DNA of 63,953 nt, filler included, from Hydrolagus affinis (Eukaryota), in assembly GCA_012026655.1 (NCBI GenBank). It is 5 parts of 5 records of this genome, joined end to end, with 100 filler letters (N's around TTAATTAATTAA, not from the genome) between each part and the next. Parts side by side here need not be neighbours in the genome. Positions count along the whole stretch, not along the records: positions 53,903 to 63,953 come from JAAILG010026086.1; 4 more parts are not named here. The stretch is one strand, 5' to 3'. Positions 63,922 through 63,953 of the stretch are shown in pieces. Every line of letters starts with the position of its first letter. The first letter of the stretch is position 1. The notes beneath the pieces were generated by a model. The model saw only the letters and a list, made by a program, of their open reading frames with translations. It ran no database searches and was not told the origin of the DNA. Both the position numbers and the translations under genes were made by a program.

Positions 63922-63953
63922 CTGGAAACGAAAAATATATCATCATTTAATAC

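Overview
Vertebrate genomic DNA, almost certainly from a cartilaginous fish (NAR-type V domain, shark-like L2/CR1/tRNA-SINE repeats); the species cannot be fixed from sequence alone. The left ~13 kb holds two divergently oriented non-rearranging Ig-superfamily receptor genes. One is a minus-strand V exon running off the window edge (247->1). The other is a plus-strand leader-VJ-C1-TM-cytoplasmic gene (6530-12526) with four SIRP-alpha-like tyrosine motifs. From 20.5 kb to the end is a T-cell receptor alpha/delta-type V array: 15 V segments with recognisable 3' RSS remnants (14 complete heptamer-23 bp-nonamer RSS, one heptamer-deleted), mostly with leader exon and intron. It also has pseudogenes, an orphan leader and a ~5.4 kb segmental duplication. 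V genes left of the 53.8 kb gap are on +, those right of it on -. The stand-out is a block at 31.8-36.4 kb: a germline-joined, RSS-less, IgNAR-like (CDR2-less) VJ exon with its own splice donor, followed by two apparently leaderless rearranging V segments, one with a CDR1 cysteine. This is the NAR-TCR double-V layout, but with an invariant N-terminal domain. Also notable are tRNA-derived SINE heads immediately 3' of many RSSs, co-oriented CTCF-like motifs downstream of V genes, and a V pseudogene whose heptamer has been cleanly deleted. No D, J or C segments of the TCR were found. Five 100-N gaps limit interpretation. All coordinates were counted by hand; no database searches were run.
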